From Iphione sp. A-MEVVRFRX5 (taxonomy: Eukaryota), in the NCBI GenBank assembly GCA_976226885.1, contig OZ320316.1:89094001-89158000 (forward strand): a DNA stretch of 64,000 nt, in the 5' to 3' direction. The position numbers and the translations under genes were made by a program. Of the stretch, positions 61,701-64,000 are shown piece after piece (positions within the stretch are counted from its first letter, which is position 1; each line of letters opens with the position of its first letter). The notes under the pieces were generated by a model, which did not search any database, had not been told where the DNA came from, and worked only from the letters and a program-made list of their open reading frames with translations.

Positions 61701-64000
61701 TTTGTTAAGGCTGTTTTTAATGGAGATGTAAATACAGCATGCCCTTACGCGTAATTACCATGACAAGTGATGTTTCAGGCTCAAGACAAACAAAACATCC
61801 TTACAAATTAGTTTTGTGAAGCCTGTTTAGCTATCAATTTCCTTTTATTAATCCTATCTATATGTACAGTAGATATCAATGTGCCCACGCAGCGATAGTT
61901 TATGCATCAAGTAAAACGTACCAACGGTCCATATGCAGTTGCCTTTCACATAAAATCTCGTGGCCTTTTAAACGTGTAATGAATTTGTGGAAACCCTGGG
62001 ATTGACGGCAGCTTTTGAGAAAGAATAAGGATTAAAGGTCGCGCCGTCATGAGAAGTTCGCGTCTGTGGCCAGAAACAGATGGACACAGAGATGTTATCA
62101 ACGGGCTTGCAATGAAGACCACCGATTTGGGACCATTTACTGCAGATTCCATCAGGGCGAAAGGGGAGCCGTCTGGCGACATGGGCGGTTATCGCAGTTC
62201 CTCCCTCTTTAACCTTTTTTTCTCTTTCTTAACGTCGTCTGCTTCCTTTGGTAGTCTTTAACTACGGATGCGTGCCCGCTGTTTCCTAGGCAAACGTCCT
62301 TGGGATAGTAGGATAAGAATGGACAAAAAAAGGCAGAGCGACTAGCTAGAATGGATATACAAGTGCGGGGTGAAATATTCAATGTTCTCTTGAAGAAATC
62401 TTGGATGACATTGATCCTAGTTCTTTATCATTGGAACCTACCCTGTCTCGATCGTGGTTCGGATCGATTAATTTTTTTTTTATCAAAATACTAGCTTGGT
62501 ATACACAATCCATCCCAACGGACCTGACTCGACACATTGCCATTTGCGCTGAGACGACCAACACTGGCCGTTACGGACCTTGAGTTAGTGGCAGCGATGC
62601 GCTTTGGGAGGAATGAAATGGGTTATCCCTGGGATTGCCACTCTTCTGCAGGCATAAGGCTTGAGTTCAATAGGTCACCGCGATGGGCCCTGGCGTGCGG
62701 CACTGCAGACTGAGAGGTCCAGAATGATCGTCGGTCACGTGACCGGACTGATGGTGGCCCGCATGGACGCTCCGTTTTATAGTGTCATCACCGAGGCAAC
62801 GACTCGACCATCAGAACGGATCAACAGTCATTTAGACGCACGGCTACAGCTCCTCGTAGCAAACCAGCGCTCGGTCTTGTCAACCAGTGGGGGCTAGGAG
62901 CGGGCATCTCGGCCACATCTGGTGCCCTTAGTAGCATGCCGGTGTCGATGTCATGGGCGGTTTGAAAAACTCACCTGTAAATAAAATATGCACCGAGAGC
63001 CCTCCTCGCAAGTTACTCCTACTTGTGGTCCCTTTACATGCAATTGTTCTGAAAAGTTCATGCAGTCAGACCGGCGTTACTTGTGTGCCATTTTGTTTTT
63101 GGCTGGTTTGTTTGTTAAAGACAGGAAGCTTAGGGTCGTTCTCGTTCGACCTTTGCTTTGACACCGCATAGATAACGAGATCGTGGACCCCATCGACCCA
63201 TCTAGCGCCACGCCATTGCCCACTTCACTCACCAAAGTGTGACTCCTATCCGGCTGTGCATAAATCATGTTATCAGAATTCGTATGCCAATTTAACGGCT
63301 CACTTACGTTGACTCGATTTCCCGGACAGTTCATTACACAAATGAAGGTTTGGCTTGTACTTGTAATCGAAAATTTGCCACGAACAGTAATATTCTCTAC
63401 TTGCAGTAGAAAATGCGACACGGAGGGTAATATTCTCATACAGAACTTAATATAGTACGAAGTTGAGATAACAGACATGAAGATGAATATCATATCTGCG
63501 TATCATGTATCATGTTCTCCCTCCCGACAATAGACAGCAAGGTGCTAAACAAGACAGCATACTGCAGTTCGGCCTAGTTCATAAAGTAATTGTATAAATG
63601 TGTATCAAAATGATCACGTAACTTTATCAACAAAGTCGAAACGTGTAGCTGCAATTTGCTCCAAGCCAAAGTATCCATGAAGCAATATGTTGAGATCGTA
63701 GCACATATTGTGTAGGTCTGTGCTTGCAAATTCGCTTCATAGTTGACGTGGAAATTGGAAACATTAGAGTCTTTGATATAGCTTGGATTATTTCCTGTAA
63801 TCAGTCTGACATTGAGAGTAAGTTGGGACGGCCACAAAAATGCCGCCCCCACCCCCGTTTAGTGAATAATGTTTTACAGGCAGAAGCTCGCACTTGAGAC
63901 CCCTACTTCAGTAACCACTTAGAATTGGATACGGCCAAATGCTGCCGCTAGCACCACAGCTTTAACAGCAGCTCTCAGTGGTTAAAGCCATCATGATAAA

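Noticed and set aside
106-63852. The many remaining 60-150 aa ORFs and isolated exon-like segments (e.g. 5340-5415, 21389-21619, 32050-32451, 45271-45516)
   Set aside because: No recognisable domains and no consistent multi-exon model; such lengths are expected by chance. A real host gene with small exons cannot be excluded without RNA-seq.

Overview
Eukaryotic, repeat-rich DNA of invertebrate-animal character (AT-rich, CR1/L2 LINE relics). I found no rRNA, tRNA, CRISPR array or confidently identifiable host gene. The dominant feature is a complete, very young 4.2-kb tyrosine-recombinase retrotransposon of the Ngaro/PAT split-direct-repeat type (51457-55677): gag, RT/RNase H and YR, with repeats arranged A1...B1-A2-B2 whose copies are identical. 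It is inserted at a TATATATA site in the first codons of the endonuclease domain of a decayed CR1/L2 LINE. Its sequence suggests a recoding-plus-splicing expression scheme. (i) The gag stop lies in an alphavirus-like leaky context (CAG CAA TGA CGG) with pol continuing in frame. (ii) A G9 run shifts the pol frame by +1. (iii) A G|GTAAG donor inside gag and a TCTTTGCAG| acceptor at the start of YR would fuse the gag zinc-finger/NLS N-terminus in frame to the recombinase. A second, diverged but intact DIRS/Ngaro-type gag (3236-4192) has the same phase-1 G|GTAAG donor and a downstream TCTTTGCAG but no recognisable pol. Also present are four CR1/L2 LINE relics, a MITE nested in one of them, a perfect 220-bp microhomology-flanked tandem duplication, a 176-bp palindrome, a two-copy dispersed repeat, and several GC/CpG-rich patches with hairpins and CTCF-like motifs. 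Most short ORFs in the track are not credible genes. All analysis was by eye, with no database searches.
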